The notes below the pieces were generated by a model. It searched no databases. It was given only the letters and a program-made list of their open reading frames with translations, and was not told the DNA's origin. The position numbers were made by a program, and so were the translations under genes. A stretch of 60,619 nucleotides of DNA, filler included, from Bonamia ostreae (taxonomy: Eukaryota), in the NCBI GenBank assembly GCA_040357525.1. It is 8 parts of 8 records of this genome, joined end to end, with 100 filler letters (N's around TTAATTAATTAA, not from the genome) between each part and the next. Parts side by side here need not be neighbours in the genome. Positions count along the whole stretch, not along the records: positions 53,156 to 60,619 come from JBDODL010000084.1; 7 more parts are not named here. The stretch is one strand, 5' to 3'. Positions 58,228-60,619 of the stretch are shown here, one piece after another. How positions within the stretch are numbered: the stretch's first letter is position 1; every line of letters starts with the position of its first letter.

Positions 58228-59190
58228 TAAATCAGCATTTTTACAATTATGCTCTTAAGTTCGGTCTTAGTGTTTTAATCTATGCGCAAATGAGTTTGTT
58301 TAAAAATTTGTACGACAACATTTTCTACATTTTCGGGAACTATTTTTAGTTTTAAGATCAGTTGTCGGAAGCAGGATCTTTTTTTCATTTACAAAACAAG
58401 AATTTTAACTGGCATTGGCATAATGTAGAAAGTACTGATATAATCAGTACTTCTTTATCGAACATTGGTATAAGGACATTGGCATAATCGGAGACCATTT
58501 TTTCTTTTATACTCTTGTTTGGATCATTTGCAAGCTAGAAGTGCTGATCGCGTNNNNNNNNNNNNNNNNNNNNNNNNNNNNNNNNNNNNNNNNNNNNNNN
58601 NNNNNNNNNNNNNNNNNNNNNNNNNNNNNNNNNNNNNNNNNNNNNNNNNNNNNTTTTTCTTTTATACTCTTGTTTGGATCATTTGCAAGCTAGAAGTGCT
58701 GATCGCGTGAGTGATTACTATTCAATACGCGATTTAGTAATAAAAATAGATCTTTGGCAGCTCCGAATTCAAAAACTAACTGCAGCTTCGTTTCCAAATT
58801 TTGATGCAGCTCAAATGAGAAACTGTAAATTATCTTCAACAGTTGTAAAAAAAGCGAAAAAGAAGAAAAACGAAGTGCCGACTTAAAATTCTAAATTAGA
58901 AGTCTTTGGCGAAAAAAATTTTCAATTAGTTTTGAAAAGTTGTCAATTTTTTTATTAATTTTCGAACTCAACCAAAATCCATTACTTGTTTTTAGTCGTT
59001 TTCTATTTGTGAGTTCATTATCAGAATGTGAAGACTCATTACCTTGTCATTGTTTTGTATTCCGAACAAATAATATCAATCTAATTGTAAATCTTAAGTT
59101 AAATGCGTTTTTATAAACCATTTATCGTATTTATGTTCTAGCATCATCCGTAAAGGCTAAAAATTTGGATTGAAAATTTTGAAAAACAAA

Positions 59191-60085
59191 ATGCTCTGTA
59201 TTTTTTTCTTCGCAACAACATTTTTTTGTGAAAAAATTTGTCAAAGTTTTGACGAATTTTCCAAATTTAAAACGATCGAACAATTTGATGAAAGAAACCA
59301 GCGGTGTTTTGTGCAAAAAAGCTTAAAAGAAGACACTTTCTGGGACAAGAGAATTTTTTGTATCTCATTGCCAGTCAAAGCTTCTGTTATTTTGGACGCT
59401 GTCCTAAACAAAGCCCCGGGAATACTCTATCAAAGTTTTCATGAGCCGCCTGCATTCATACACATCAGATATTATTTTCGTAATGGTTTAATTATGTCGA
59501 ATAATGTAATACGAAGTCAACAGATTGTGCAAAAGTAGAGAGAATTGCGATTTTAGTTTCAGCATCGACAAAGTTAGAGGGGATCGATTTTCTCTCACTT
59601 TTTCGTTGGGAACCGATTTTGGGAGATATAAAAGTTTAAAAGAGAGTGAATGCACTTTAAAGACTGTAAAATCTTTTCCAAGTCGTCACGCAAAAACAAT
59701 TATATTCTATCTAGGCGATATCAAAGGAGACTGCAAATTAGATAAAATTGATTATGTCCAGCTTAAAATAGATCAAAGTTACTTCGGAGGTGATGCATTC
59801 TTCAACAAATTCAAAGTTTGCAAAAGAGTGAAACCAAAAGACAGAAAATTTCAAAAAAAATTGCGCATGGACGCTGATTCTCTCATTTTTCTTGAAATCG
59901 CGGTAGACGATTTTGGAGAAGCAAAAAGTTTTAAAAGTATACAAAAATGGTATAACGGTGAATTCAAAAGACTTCCAAATAAAAGTTTAAGGGATAACTT
60001 TTTGCACCTTTATTATTTCAAAAGAATAGACTCGAAATTGTTCATATCAAAAACGCCTTTACTCGTTCAATTGAAAATTTATTAA
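59191..60085 (+). CDS. Orphan secreted protein
   Basis: Hydrophobic N-terminus MLCIFFFATTFFC; two ORFs joined in frame by a 31-nt intron (~59486-59516); several Cys. Confidence 0.62.
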
Positions 60086-60361
60086 ATAATAAAATTTCTA
60101 TTTTATAACAAAAAATCAAATTTTATGCAGAAATAAAATTCTGTCTCTAGGAAATGACTAATTGATAAAGGAATTTATTAAACAAATCATAAAAATCATG
60201 AAAACGAATTTATTAAACACATTGATATTCAACAAGATATTCAAACATGTAAAAAGACACTCACCTTATTTTAACGGGGAACGGGGAAAGCCAAGTCAGC
60301 CCTATTTTAACGGGATAGAATCTCGCACTTCTGGGCCTAGTAAAGGCCTTAATAAATTTAT

Positions 60362-60392
60362 TTCTGATCAACTTATTTTAAGTTGATCAGAA
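60362..60392. repeat. Perfect 14-bp inverted repeat within a cluster of short duplications
   Basis: ttctgatcaactta-ttt-taagttgatcagaa. Confidence 0.9.
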
Positions 60393-60619
60393 TCTCGCCA
60401 AGTCAGCCTCCACCATCCGGTTTCCAGCTAGGCCAAATAATAAAAATACGAACTGAAAATTACAGTGCTATTTGCTCAAGGAGCCATTGCGTGGGTAAAC
60501 TTCTTTATAAAATGATCCATCGCTAATAATAAAGACAAATTCTGAACAACGAATATATTTATACTACATACAATAAGCCTTAATAGAGTAAAACAATGGC
60601 AGATCCAAATTCTTCGAGC

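Noticed and set aside
58496-58708. Direct repeat of ~55 bp flanking an N gap
   Set aside because: Typical scaffold overlap artefact.
1-60619. Alternative genetic code or programmed frameshifting to explain fragmented ORFs
   Set aside because: Short GT-AG introns restore the frames, and TAA, TAG and TGA each terminate conserved genes (TFIIS, SPF30, RPS10).

Overview
AT-rich, gene-dense nuclear DNA of a reduced eukaryote. By inference it is a parasitic protist; the gene content and tiny introns would fit an ascetosporean/haplosporidian such as Bonamia, which is unverified. The window is not continuous: it is eight ~7.5 kb contigs in descending size order joined by artificial N44-TTAATTAATTAA-N44 linkers, so adjacency across linkers means nothing. 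Genes use the standard code and are split by many ultrashort (19-31 nt) GT-AG introns, which is why the ORF track is fragmented. Recognisable genes: RING/TRAIP-like, SDF2, VPS52, WRAP73, ATP synthase gamma, a catalytically dead Dis3L2-like RNB protein, SRP72, DUF1295, permuted NlpC/P60, MsrB, a tandem kinase/pseudokinase pair, MTR4, a MyTH4-WW myosin tail, TFIIS, mitochondrial uS13, a C2H2 factor, MMS19, a CBS protein, CDC7, BOP1, RPS10 and SPF30. Decayed LINE, Tc1-like, tRNA-derived and 5S-derived elements are also present. Most striking: (1) CDC7 has a C-free patch over helix alphaC with two in-frame stops that U-to-C changes would repair, while also restoring a conserved Arg; (2) an AGCT motif lies just upstream of about half of all start codons; (3) the minimal intron architecture; (4) a Ssd1-like pseudonuclease; (5) a structured GC-rich island in a TFIIS intron. 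All family calls come from motif recognition by eye, not database searches.
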